From: an uncultured Gemmatimonadaceae bacterium
GTDB lineage: Bacteria > Gemmatimonadota > Gemmatimonadetes > Gemmatimonadales > Gemmatimonadaceae
Assembly (NCBI GenBank): GCA_963817955.1
Contig: CAWFQK010000002.1
Location: forward strand, 160,001 to 224,000
Direction of reading: 5' to 3'
DNA length: 64,000 nt
Made by a program: the position numbers and the translations under genes. Under the pieces are notes generated by a model. The model saw nothing but the letters and a program-made list of their open reading frames with translations, ran no database searches and was not told the origin of the DNA. This document shows positions 9,016 to 19,544 of this stretch, piece after piece (within the stretch, counting starts at the first letter, position 1; the number at the start of each line of letters is the position of its first letter).

Positions 9016-11549
9016 ATGTTGTTTTTGAGAACTCTTGGTGGGTTGGCCCTCGAAAATGACCGCGCGGTGGCAGGAGCGGGCGCGCAGCGCGGGCGGTTAG
9101 CCATTCTCGCAGTCTTGGCCGTCGCTGGAGACGCGGGCGTCAGCCGCGACCGCCTCCTCGGCCTGCTCTGGACCGATCGCGACGAAGAACGGGCGCGTGC
9201 CGCATTGAACCAGGCGCTGTATGCCCTGCGTCGTGACGTCGGCGAACAGGAGCTGACGCTTGGGACCACCGAGCTTCGGCTCAACCCCAAGGTCGTGACA
9301 AGCGACGTCGCGGCGTTCGATGCCGCGCTGCGGGATGGGAACCTGGAGGAGGCGGTCGCCAGTTACGGCGGGCCTTTTCTGGACGCCATTTATATAAGGA
9401 ATGCTCCCGAACTGGAGCGATGGATCGATCGAGAGCGCGACCGGCTCGCGCGCGCGCACCGCGCCGCGCTCGATCAACTTGCCGACGGTGCGCGAGAACG
9501 TGCCGACCCGAAGTCGGCGGTGGAGTGGTTGCATAAGCTCGCGGCCGTTGATCCACTCAGCTCGAATGTCGCGCGGTCGCTCATGGAAGCGCTCGTCGCG
9601 GCTGGCGACCGAGAGGCCGCCATTCGTCACGCCGCGGCCTACACCGCGCTGATTCGCTCTGAGCTGGAATGTGAACCCGATTCGAGCGTGGTCGATTTCG
9701 CGGAGCAATTGCGGTCCGTGAAGCCGAACGGTCACGCGGCCAGCCCTTCGCAGTCCGCCGCAGCGCCAGTGGTGCAGCGTGTGGTGAGCGAACCCATACC
9801 GCCAACGCCAACTCGCCCCCCCGTTGAGACGTCGTTCGGGAATCGGCCGCGCGTCCGGCTTCGACACCTGCTCGGCGCAGCGATCGTCCTGCTCGTTGCT
9901 GAACTTCAGTCGCTCTTTGGCTTGGTCGACGAACGCATCGGCCGGGGCTGGTAGCGGTCGCGCCGCTGCAAAATCGCACCGGTGATTCGACGCTGAATCA
10001 ATTCGCTGAATTGGCGACGCGGCAGATTAGCGGGCAGATCGCGCGAGCCGGGCGCGGCGAAGTCGTTGAGCTGTCTCGCGCCGCCGCGCCAAGCAAGGAC
10101 GGCGCAGGGGACAACCCAGGTCAGCTGGCTCACGCCAGGCAAGTCGGCGCCGGACAAATGGTGTCAAGCGCCATGTATCGGGAAGGGGACAGCATCAGGA
10201 TTGCCACGTCCATCATCGACGCGAAAGATGGGCGCGTCGTTGGGCAGCTCGACGACGTCGTCGGCGCCTCCTCGCGAATCACGGCCACGCTTCATGAGCT
10301 CGAGCAGCGCGTTGGCGGCGCCGTTGCGGCACTCGCGGACACGCTGTATCGACCCTGGTCGCGGGCCCACAGCCGCACGCCAACCTATGCGGCGTTCCAG
10401 GAGTTCATTCTCGGCCTCGATGGATTGATGAACGATCCGCAGGCCGCCATCGTCCATCTGCGCAACGCCGCTGCCGCGGACACGGCGTTTGTCGAAGCGA
10501 AGATCTGGCTCATAACGCAGCTCTCCGCCAATCCCGGCGAGAACCATGTGTTGATCGACTCGCTGCTCGCCGCCGCGGCGGCGCAGCGACCCTTCCTGAC
10601 TCCATTCGATGCGGCCGCGCTCGATCGCGTGGCTGCCGTGAACCGACACGACACGGAAGGCACGTATCGTGCGGCGCGCCGGCTCGCGGACATCGCCCCG
10701 ACGACTCAGGACGCGCAGAACTTCTTGTACGAGGCTGCCCTGAAAACGCGGCGATTCAAGCAGGCGCTTGCCGCACTCGATTGGCTGCGCGACAGCGAAG
10801 GATGGATGAGCGGCGCGAAGTCTTATTGGCTCATGCGAGAAGTAGTCATATACCACGCTCTTGGCCAATCTCGAAAAGCGCTGACGCTCTGGCGCGCGGC
10901 ACGCCTACGCGAACCGAGCGACTACGGGACGTGTATCCACGGCGTCAACGACCTCGCATTGCTTGGCGAAGAGAGGCAGGTCGACTCGCTGGTCGTCGAG
11001 TGCAGCCATCTGCCCAACGCGCCGACGAAGATTCCGAATCTTGGTTATTTCTCCGAAGCGATTCCGCAGTACCTGGCGACAGGCCATCTTGCAGAGGCGC
11101 ACCGCGCCGCGCAACGAGTCGTCCCGTTCCTCGAGAAGTTTGGACGTACCGAACCCGCCAAACGCCGTTCCCTCGTCATTCTCGATTGCGAGTTCGGCGA
11201 CTGGAAGAGCGCGTACGCCAGGTTTGCACCCGACGCGGACTCGGCGAGCCTCGAAGATCGAGCGTTGTTGGCTATCATCGCGGCGCACTTGGGCGATACG
11301 ACGACGGTCTCCACGACGCTTCGGTGGATGGATGAGTATTCGAAGACCTTTCGCCTCCCGGCGATTCTCGACCAACTGCGGGCCGAGATTGTGCTCGCTC
11401 AGGGAGACCGAGCAAATGCGCTACGGCTGATGGCCAAGGTGCTTTCGGAAGAAGCCATCCCGCTGTTCCTCGAGTGGCCGCGACAGTGGGAGTTCGCTCC
11501 ACTGCGCGGCGATCCGCGATTCAAAAAGCTGCTCGCGCCAGTCACGTAA
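9016..11549 (+). CDS. wHTH-BTAD (SARP/AfsR-like) activator with TM helix, TolB_N-like and TPR domains; one frameshift near 9900
   Basis: VSRDRLLGLLW...ARAALNQALYALRR and SDVAAF...YGGPFL...WIDRER motifs. After ~9905 the frame of ORF 10011 reads VALWLGRRTHRPGLVAVAPLQNRTGDSTL; C-terminus FAPLRGDPRFKKLL. Confidence 0.82.
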
Positions 11550-11600
11550 CGAGAAGGGCGCGTTGGTTGGGCCTGGAGCGCCTGACTCGTCGACGTGCCG

Positions 11601-11645
11601 AAAAAAAAGCTCGGCGGCGCCAAGTGCTGGCACCGCCGAGCTTTC
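11601..11645 (-). terminator. Intrinsic terminator immediately after tRNA-Ile
   Basis: Minus strand AAAGCTCGGCGGTGCCA-GCACT-TGGCGCCGCCGAGC followed by T8. Confidence 0.88.
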
Positions 11646-11649
11646 AGGA

Positions 11650-11723
<74 letters not shown>

Positions 11724-11748
11724 TTACGGACATGTTTCAGAATCTCAA

Positions 11749-11777
11749 AACATAACGACCTGACCCCCGTCGGTCAA
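11749..11777 (-). promoter_or_regulatory. Sigma70-type promoter for tRNA-Ile
   Basis: TTGACC (11777-11772), 17-nt spacer, TATGTT (11754-11749), 25 nt upstream of the tRNA. Confidence 0.7.
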
Positions 11778-11813
11778 TCGACGCGGTTCGCACACACGAT
11801 AGCGCGAATGCAA

Positions 11814-11849
11814 CGCGGGCTCGACACGCCGAAGCGTGTCGAGCCCGCG
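11814..11849 (-). terminator. Perfect 16-bp hairpin with cUUCGg loop downstream of 16S (terminator or processing element)
   Basis: CGCGGGCTCGACACGC-TTCG-GCGTGTCGAGCCCGCG on minus; only a weak U tail (TTGCATT). Confidence 0.6.
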
Positions 11850-11945
11850 AAGATACTGCCTGAAGAAGAACAATCGAGTGTGTGTCGCGCGTGGCTACGA
11901 CTACGAAAGCTTTCAACCGAATACATCGGCCTACTCGCGATCCGT

Positions 11946-13471
<1,526 letters not shown>

Positions 13472-13605
13472 TGTTTGATAATTGCTCTCCGAACACCGTC
13501 ATCAGACATCGCCTCATGACGATGTCCGGAATCATGGTATTTCCGTGAATTGTTCTCTCCCCGATGCCCACGAGAGCATCGGATCAGCGAGAGCCATCGC
13601 ACGAT

Positions 13606-13629
13606 CACACACTCGATTGTCAAATAGCG
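13606..13629 (-). promoter_or_regulatory. rRNA leader boxA-like element and 5' arm of the 16S processing stem
   Basis: Minus strand CGCTATTTGACAATCGAGTGTGTG; its ACAATCGAGTGTGTG part is complementary to the trailer at ~11870-11884. Confidence 0.7.
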
Positions 13630-13667
13630 TTTGTTGCGTTGTTTCCCCCCTCTCTGGGGGAACGCTT

Positions 13668-13695
13668 AGTATAGCATACGGACCTGCGTTTGCAA
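13668..13695 (-). promoter_or_regulatory. rRNA promoter
   Basis: TTGCAA (13695-13690), 16-nt spacer, TATACT (13673-13668); a 16-bp spacer is typical of rrn promoters. Confidence 0.8.
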
Positions 13696-13802
13696 GGGGT
13701 TCTGCACCCACTTTGCTTCCGCGAAATGCAACCGCTTACGTCGTACACGATCGCACACATGATGATCCGTCGGACGTGCTCGCCAACAACTCCTAGGCGG
13801 CC

Positions 13803-14141
13803 CTACTCCTCGTAGCGACCTGGTCTGACCGGTCGCTCTTCTTCATCGACGTCATCATACGCATCGTCAAGATCGACGAGTTCGTCGTCGAAACCGTCGA
13901 GGTCGTCCTCATCCTCGTCGTCTTCGTCTTCGTCTTCGTCTTCCTCGTCGTCTTCATCTTCGTCGTCGAGATCGTCGTCGTCGAGGTCATCATCCTCGTC
14001 GTCGAAATCGACCTCATCGTCCAGATCGTCATCCTCCTCGGCGTCAACTTCGTCTTCAGCGTCGAGAGGCTCGTCGTCGAGCTCGTCTTCATCGCGCCCG
14101 GCGTACAGCGACAGATGCGACGACTCGGACATGGCCGGCAT
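13803..14141 (-). CDS. Small hyper-acidic (~60% Asp/Glu) protein
   Basis: 112-aa ORF with SD AAGGAG 9 nt before the ATG; the acidic tract uses mixed synonymous codons (GAC/GAT/GAA/GAG). Confidence 0.7.
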   Translation of the reverse strand: MPAMSESSHLSLYAGRDEDELDDEPLDAEDEVDAEEDDDLDDEVDFDDEDDDLDDDDLDDEDEDDEEDEDEDEDDEDEDDLDGFDDELVDLDDAYDDVDEEERPVRPGRYEE

Positions 14142-14207
14142 TGCTCGATTCTCCTTACGGGAATGCAGGTGACTGGAAATATTGAGGATGACAGGGACAG
14201 CAACACT

Positions 14208-16043
14208 TCAACCAGACGCGCGTTCCTTCTTGGCACCGCGTGACATCCGCTTGCGATCCGACGTGCGGAGGAAACGCTTCCGCAACCGAATGGCCTGCGG
14301 CGTGATCTCGATCAACTCGTCGTCCTCGATATACTCAAGGGCGGCTTCCAGAGTCAACTCCCGCGGGGGTTCGAGTTGAATATTGTCATCCGTGCCCTTG
14401 CTGCGCATATTTGTCAGCTTTTTTTCCCTGGTCGGATTGACATCCATGTCGCCAGGGCGTGCACTCTCACCCACGATCATCCCCTCGTACACGGAATCGC
14501 CAGGTTGCACGAACAACGTCGAGCGCTCCTGCAAAACGGACAGCGCGAATGCGACGATCGTGCCACCCTCCATCGATACGAGTGACCCACGCGTGCGGCC
14601 CGCCAGCGGTCCTGCCCACGGCCCGTAATCGAGAAAGCGGTGATGCATGATGCCCGTGCCGCGCGTGTCGGTCAAGAATTCGGAGCGATACCCGAACAGC
14701 CCGCGCGCCGGAATGCGGTACAGCAGCCGAACGAGTCGCTGCCCCGGATTCTTCATCTCGAGCATTTCGCCGCGTCGCGGGCCCAGCTTCTCGATCACGG
14801 TGCCGAGGTGTTCCTCGGGTACGTCGATCGCCAGCTCCTCATACGGTTCGAGGCGTTCGCCGCTCGGCCCCTCACGCGTGATGACGCGAGGACGTGACAC
14901 CTGAAACTCATATCCCTCACGACGCATGGTCTCCATGAGAATCGTGAGATGCAGTTCGCCGCGTCCGGACACGGTCCACGTGTCCGTGGAATCCGTGTCT
15001 TCCACTTTCAACGCCACATTGCGTTCGAGCTCCCGGTACAATCGCTCGCGTACCTGGCGCGACGTCACGAACTTCCCCGCCTGGCCGGCAAAGGGCGAGT
15101 TGTTGACGATGAAGTCTACGGAGATCGTTGGCTCCTCGACGGCAATGCCCTCCAGGCGCTCCCGATGCTCGAGATCCGTGACCGTCAGGCCGATCTCCAC
15201 GTTGTCCAATCCGGCGAGCGCCACGATTTCGCCTGCGACCGCCTCCTGTACTTCCACGCGGTCGAGGCCATCGAAGGAGAACAGTTTCGTGATGCGCGAC
15301 TGATCGGGCTTCTGATTCAAATCCATGGGCAGCAGCGCCACCGCATCGCCGACTCGCGCTCGGCCGCGCTCGATCCGGCCAATCCCCAGCCGCCCGAGAT
15401 AGGGCGAATAGTCGATGGTCGAGATGAGCATCTGGAACGGGCTGTCGGCGTCGTGCGGCGGCGGCGGCACGCTGTCAATGATCGTCTGGAACAACGGCGT
15501 GAGATCCTGCAGCGGCTGGTCCATGTCGAGCGTCGACACGCCGTCACGGGCCGAGACGTACACGACCGGCGCATCGAGTTGCTCCTCGCCGGCCTCGAGC
15601 TCGATGAACAGGTCGAGCACTTCGTCGTGCACACGGAATGGGTCCGCGCCGGGGCGATCGATCTTGTTGATCACGACGATCGGTGTGCGGCCGAGCGCGA
15701 GCGCCTTTCGAAGTACGAAGCGCGTTTGCGGCATCGGACCATCGAAGGCATCCACCACGAGCAACACGCCGTCCACCATACGGAGGATGCGCTCCACCTC
15801 GCCGCCGAAGTCGGCATGGCCCGGAGTATCCACGATGTTGATCTTGGTGCCGTGCCAGTGCACTGCCGTGTTCTTCGCGAGGATCGTGATCCCACGCTCG
15901 CGCTCGAGCGGGTTGGAGTCCATCACCCGTTCGGCCACGATCTGATTATCTCTGAACGCGCCCGCCTGCCGGAGCATCTTGTCTACCAGGGTGGTCTTCC
16001 CGTGGTCGACGTGCGCGATGATAGCGATGTTACGTATTTCCAT
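14208..16043 (-). CDS. typA: Translational GTPase TypA/BipA
   Basis: [62 protein letters not shown]. Confidence 0.97.
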   Translation of the reverse strand: MEIRNIAIIAHVDHGKTTLVDKMLRQAGAFRDNQIVAERVMDSNPLERERGITILAKNTAVHWHGTKINIVDTPGHADFGGEVERILRMVDGVLLVVDAFDGPMPQTRFVLRKALALGRTPIVVINKIDRPGADPFRVHDEVLDLFIELEAGEEQLDAPVVYVSARDGVSTLDMDQPLQDLTPLFQTIIDSVPPPPHDADSPFQMLISTIDYSPYLGRLGIGRIERGRARVGDAVALLPMDLNQKPDQSRITKLFSFDGLDRVEVQEAVAGEIVALAGLDNVEIGLTVTDLEHRERLEGIAVEEPTISVDFIVNNSPFAGQAGKFVTSRQVRERLYRELERNVALKVEDTDSTDTWTVSGRGELHLTILMETMRREGYEFQVSRPRVITREGPSGERLEPYEELAIDVPEEHLGTVIEKLGPRRGEMLEMKNPGQRLVRLLYRIPARGLFGYRSEFLTDTRGTGIMHHRFLDYGPWAGPLAGRTRGSLVSMEGGTIVAFALSVLQERSTLFVQPGDSVYEGMIVGESARPGDMDVNPTREKKLTNMRSKGTDDNIQLEPPRELTLEAALEYIEDDELIEITPQAIRLRKRFLRTSDRKRMSRGAKKERASG

Positions 16044-16218
16044 AGCCTTGTAATGTAACCGATCGTGCAGGTGGCCGTACAAGCAAGCGATGCCGTAGGC
16101 CGCACGATTGAAACGACCCTTGCCAGACCAATTTCCGGCACACACAATGCCGCGTAGGGAACAAGCGCGTTCCCCCAGGGGTCCAAGTCCCAAGACGCCT
16201 ATTGCAGGGAGGTGGCCA

Positions 16219-16416
16219 ATGAATCAAGCCGACGAAGCAGCGCTCGTGAACTATCCTCACGGACGCGGCTACGGGCACGATTACATGCGCGGAGGTGAAG
16301 TGTTCGGCGGCTATGGCTATGCCGAACGGGACGACTACGCCAAAGTACGAGGAGAAATCGACGACGATCAGCGCGGCGACGCGTCGCCTAGCCAATCGGG
16401 TGAGACCCGCCGATAG
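16219..16416 (+). CDS. Small hypothetical protein (65 aa, Gly/Tyr/Asp-rich)
   Basis: Strong SD GGGAGGT about 6 nt before ATG 16219; divergent from typA; followed by a hairpin. Confidence 0.5.
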   Translation: MNQADEAALVNYPHGRGYGHDYMRGGEVFGGYGYAERDDYAKVRGEIDDDQRGDASPSQSGETRR

Positions 16417-16449
16417 GGAGCGATTGATCGTCCGTTCGTGAAAACGACC

Positions 16450-16485
16450 AGGCCTCGGGATGCCGGTCCGGCTCCCCGAGGCCTT
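16450..16485. terminator. Hairpin between convergent small ORF and pilT
   Basis: AGGCCTCGGG...CCCGAGGCCT with an inner GCCGG/CCGGC stem. Confidence 0.55.
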
Positions 16486-16513
16486 ACGTCGTTCCGGCAG
16501 CGAACACCGTCGG

Positions 16514-18055
16514 TCAAATCACCCGGTACGCTCCGCTCGGCCGCACTACTCCCGCGTCCAATCCGCTGACGTCGATACCCTTGGCCTTGAGCGCGCCGAG
16601 GAAGTTCGCTTTGTCGTTGGCGTGGACATACGCCTCCTCTACCTCGATCTGCCGCGACTCGATCAGGTCGATCAGCGCGTCGTTGAGCGTGGCCATGCCG
16701 AGGCGTTTGGACGTCTGCACAATGGATGGAATCTGAAAGGTCTTCCGTTCGCGAATGAGATTCGCCACCGGCGGGGTGTTGAACAACACTTCGCGTGCCG
16801 CCACCCGGCCGCCACCGATCTTGCGACACAACGTCTGAGACACCACGCCGCGAAGCGTATCGGCGAGCATGACCCGAATCTGCTCCTGCTGATCGGCCGG
16901 AAACTGATCGATGATGCGGTCGATCGTTGCCGCTGCTGTCGTCGTGTGCAGCGTGCCGAACACGAGGTGTCCCGTCTCCGCTGTCTCGAGCGCTATCGAA
17001 ACAGTCTCGAGGTCACGCATCTCGCCGATCAGTACGACGTCGGGATCTTCGCGCAGAGCCGCGCGCAGCGCCGTCTTGAATGACCGCGTATGCATGCCCA
17101 CTTGTCGTTGCGACACAACGCAGCGCTGACTCGGATGGACGAACTCGATCGGATCTTCGATCGTGATGATGTGATCGGTGCGCGTGCGGTTCACGAGATC
17201 GACGAGCGCACAGAGCGTCGTCGATTTGCCCGATCCCGTGGGTCCGGTGACGAGCACGAGCCCACGCGTGAGCGCGCACAGGCGCTGGATCTCAGGCGCC
17301 AAACCGAGGTCCTCCACTGTGACGACGGCGGGCGGAATACGGCGGAAGACCGCAGCCGTTCCCGTGCGTTCCTTGAATGCGTTGGCGCGGAAGCGCGAAC
17401 ATCCGGGGATTTCGTAGGCGAAATCGGTGTCGCTTGATGCCGCGAACTCGGCGCGATTGCGCGACGGCATCGTCGCCTCGACGAGCGCGGCCACATCATC
17501 GGCGCGCAATGTCGGGAACTCCGTCAGCCGAAGCATCTCCCCGTGGCATCGCAGAATCGGCGGCTCGCCGGCGCGCAGATGGAGATCCGACGCGTCCTTG
17601 GTCACTGCGACGCGGAGCATCTGATCGATGCGGTCTCGCGATGGCGACGCCACGCTCACGTCCGACGCATCAGGGACGTCTTCGACGTCGATCGGTGTGA
17701 CGGCAATGACCGGCGGCACGTCGTCGCTGACCAGCGCGAGTGCTGCCGGTTCTACGCTGCCGATACGGACGTGCCAGCGGCCGTCAGTCACTTCGGCGCG
17801 CGCGTCGAACGTTCCTTCGTCGGAGACGTACGTGAACGCTGCCGCCGCCCCCCGCTCAATGTGCCGCGCCGATTCTGGCGGAGCCACTTCACGCAGCAGC
17901 GATACGATCTGTGATCCAGTGAGTGGCGCACGCGTCACTGGGCGGGAGTCCGTCGTGCCCGTGGCTTCGAACCGTGCGGGGTTTCCTTCGTCGAGAGTCA
18001 ACACCGCTGCCTTATGGCCTGCCATCACAGCCAGGAGACGATCGAGTTGGGCCAT
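16514..18055 (-). CDS. pilT: Type IV pilus retraction ATPase PilT family, with an extra N-terminal domain
   Basis: ASDLHL, GPTGSGKSTT, TIEDPIEF, ALREDPDVVLIGEMRDLET, AETGHLVFGTLHT, NLIRE. Confidence 0.92.
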   Translation of the reverse strand: MAQLDRLLAVMAGHKAAVLTLDEGNPARFEATGTTDSRPVTRAPLTGSQIVSLLREVAPPESARHIERGAAAAFTYVSDEGTFDARAEVTDGRWHVRIGSVEPAALALVSDDVPPVIAVTPIDVEDVPDASDVSVASPSRDRIDQMLRVAVTKDASDLHLRAGEPPILRCHGEMLRLTEFPTLRADDVAALVEATMPSRNRAEFAASSDTDFAYEIPGCSRFRANAFKERTGTAAVFRRIPPAVVTVEDLGLAPEIQRLCALTRGLVLVTGPTGSGKSTTLCALVDLVNRTRTDHIITIEDPIEFVHPSQRCVVSQRQVGMHTRSFKTALRAALREDPDVVLIGEMRDLETVSIALETAETGHLVFGTLHTTTAAATIDRIIDQFPADQQEQIRVMLADTLRGVVSQTLCRKIGGGRVAAREVLFNTPPVANLIRERKTFQIPSIVQTSKRLGMATLNDALIDLIESRQIEVEEAYVHANDKANFLGALKAKGIDVSGLDAGVVRPSGAYRVI

Positions 18056-18073
18056 AAGGCTACTGCCGTGGGG

Positions 18074-18532
18074 TTATCGTCGGTGATGGACCTGCGCGAC
18101 ATGGCGTCGGTTCACGAGACAAACGCCGGACGGCGAGCGGAGCAGAAGAAATCGACGCTGCTCGCTATTTAAGAAATCTAGTACGCGGGTACGGTCGGCG
18201 CGTGTTTCCAACCGCAGAGCGCCACAACATGCGCTCCCATCTGCGAATACGATCTCTACGGTCGCGTCCGACACGTCTCCGACTTCAGTATCGGACGCAA
18301 CCGCGTCGTACTGTACTCGCAGCACCTGATCCTTGCACACCAGTATGTACTGGCCGTCTGCGGTCCCGAGCGGCACGAATGTGTCTGCTTCGTTGAAGAG
18401 GTCCTCCGGGTCTTGCGGCTCCGAGCGATAGCGCGCCGTCGGCTGGAGGAAGATGTCCCCCTCCAGCACCACACCCCCGGCGAGCACGATCGCGACGCGC
18501 TGGCGCAGCTTCTCGATGCGGAACTCGTTCAT
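18074..18532 (-). CDS. Hypothetical protein with two tandem Sm/Hfq-like (possibly DUF6812-like) repeats
   Basis: GGAG SD before ATG 18532; internal duplication VxIxxxxGxxxxGx[IL]xL...DxxN...Fx[PL]L...LVx[KR]xxVxxV. Confidence 0.7.
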   Translation of the reverse strand: MNEFRIEKLRQRVAIVLAGGVVLEGDIFLQPTARYRSEPQDPEDLFNEADTFVPLGTADGQYILVCKDQVLRVQYDAVASDTEVGDVSDATVEIVFADGSACCGALRLETRADRTRVLDFLNSEQRRFLLLRSPSGVCLVNRRHVAQVHHRR

Positions 18533-18558
18533 GCAAACCGCTCCCGGCCGCGCGGCCG

Positions 18559-19494
18559 CTAAGGGTGAAGGTGCAACTCGCGTTCGGACATTTCCTGACG
18601 CTCGAGTTGAATGGTCACGTGCTGGATGCCCATCTCCAGGAGACAATCGTGCGCTTGCTCGAGCACGCCCTGGTGCGTCTCCGAGTCACGCACCACGGCA
18701 TGCGCGCTGGCGGCGATCATTCCTGAAGTTACCGTCCACACGTGCAAGTCATGTATCGATTCCACCCCGCCAATGGATTGGAGACGGGCACGAACCGTCT
18801 CGAGCGCAATGTGCGCCGGAGCGGCTTCGAGGAGCACGTCCACCGAGTCGCGGACCAGCCGCCACGCCCCGGCCATGATCAGCACCGTGGTGAGCAACGA
18901 TGCGACCGGATCGGCGGCCAGCCAGCCGATGGAACGGATCACCAGGGCAGCGGCAACGGTACCGCCGGATGCAAGCATGTCGCCCAGCACGTGGAGATAC
19001 GCACCACGCACATTGAGGCCTTTGTCTCGGACACCGTGCAGGAGCCAAACCGCCACCCCGTTGATCAGCAGCCCGAGTACCGCCACGCCGAGCATCAGCC
19101 CACCCGCCACCGGTTCAGGATGCTTGAACCGCATCACGGCTTCGATCACGATCCAGACGGAAATCAGCAGGAGGGTGGCACCGTTGATCAGCGCCGCCAG
19201 GATCTCCCAACGCAAATAGCCATAGGTCTTGGCCGGCGAACCGGGCTGCCGGGCCAACCACGCGACGAACAGTGACAATCCCAACGCGCCGGCATCGGTA
19301 AGGACGTGCCCGGCATCGGCCAGCAAGGCCAACGAGTTGGACATGAATCCACCGACGCCTTCGGCGACGAGAATGACCAGCGTCAGCCCCAGGGACCAGG
19401 CCAGCGCCTTGGTCGAGGTGCCGTGATGATCATGCCCATGCGCTGGGGCGTGTTGATGGCCGTGCGCGTGGCTATGCGAATGCAAATGCGCCAT
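18559..19494 (-). CDS. Cation diffusion facilitator (CzcD/ZitB-like Zn/Co/Cd exporter)
   Basis: His-rich N-terminus, SLALLADAGHVLTD, TYGYLRWEILAALING, AYLHVLGD, IHDLHVW, HVTIQLE. Confidence 0.95.
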   Translation of the reverse strand: MAHLHSHSHAHGHQHAPAHGHDHHGTSTKALAWSLGLTLVILVAEGVGGFMSNSLALLADAGHVLTDAGALGLSLFVAWLARQPGSPAKTYGYLRWEILAALINGATLLLISVWIVIEAVMRFKHPEPVAGGLMLGVAVLGLLINGVAVWLLHGVRDKGLNVRGAYLHVLGDMLASGGTVAAALVIRSIGWLAADPVASLLTTVLIMAGAWRLVRDSVDVLLEAAPAHIALETVRARLQSIGGVESIHDLHVWTVTSGMIAASAHAVVRDSETHQGVLEQAHDCLLEMGIQHVTIQLERQEMSERELHLHP

Positions 19495-19544
19495 GAATTC
19501 CCGCGAGGATCGACGCTGTGGTTCGCTCGTCGTAGATTGTGCGG

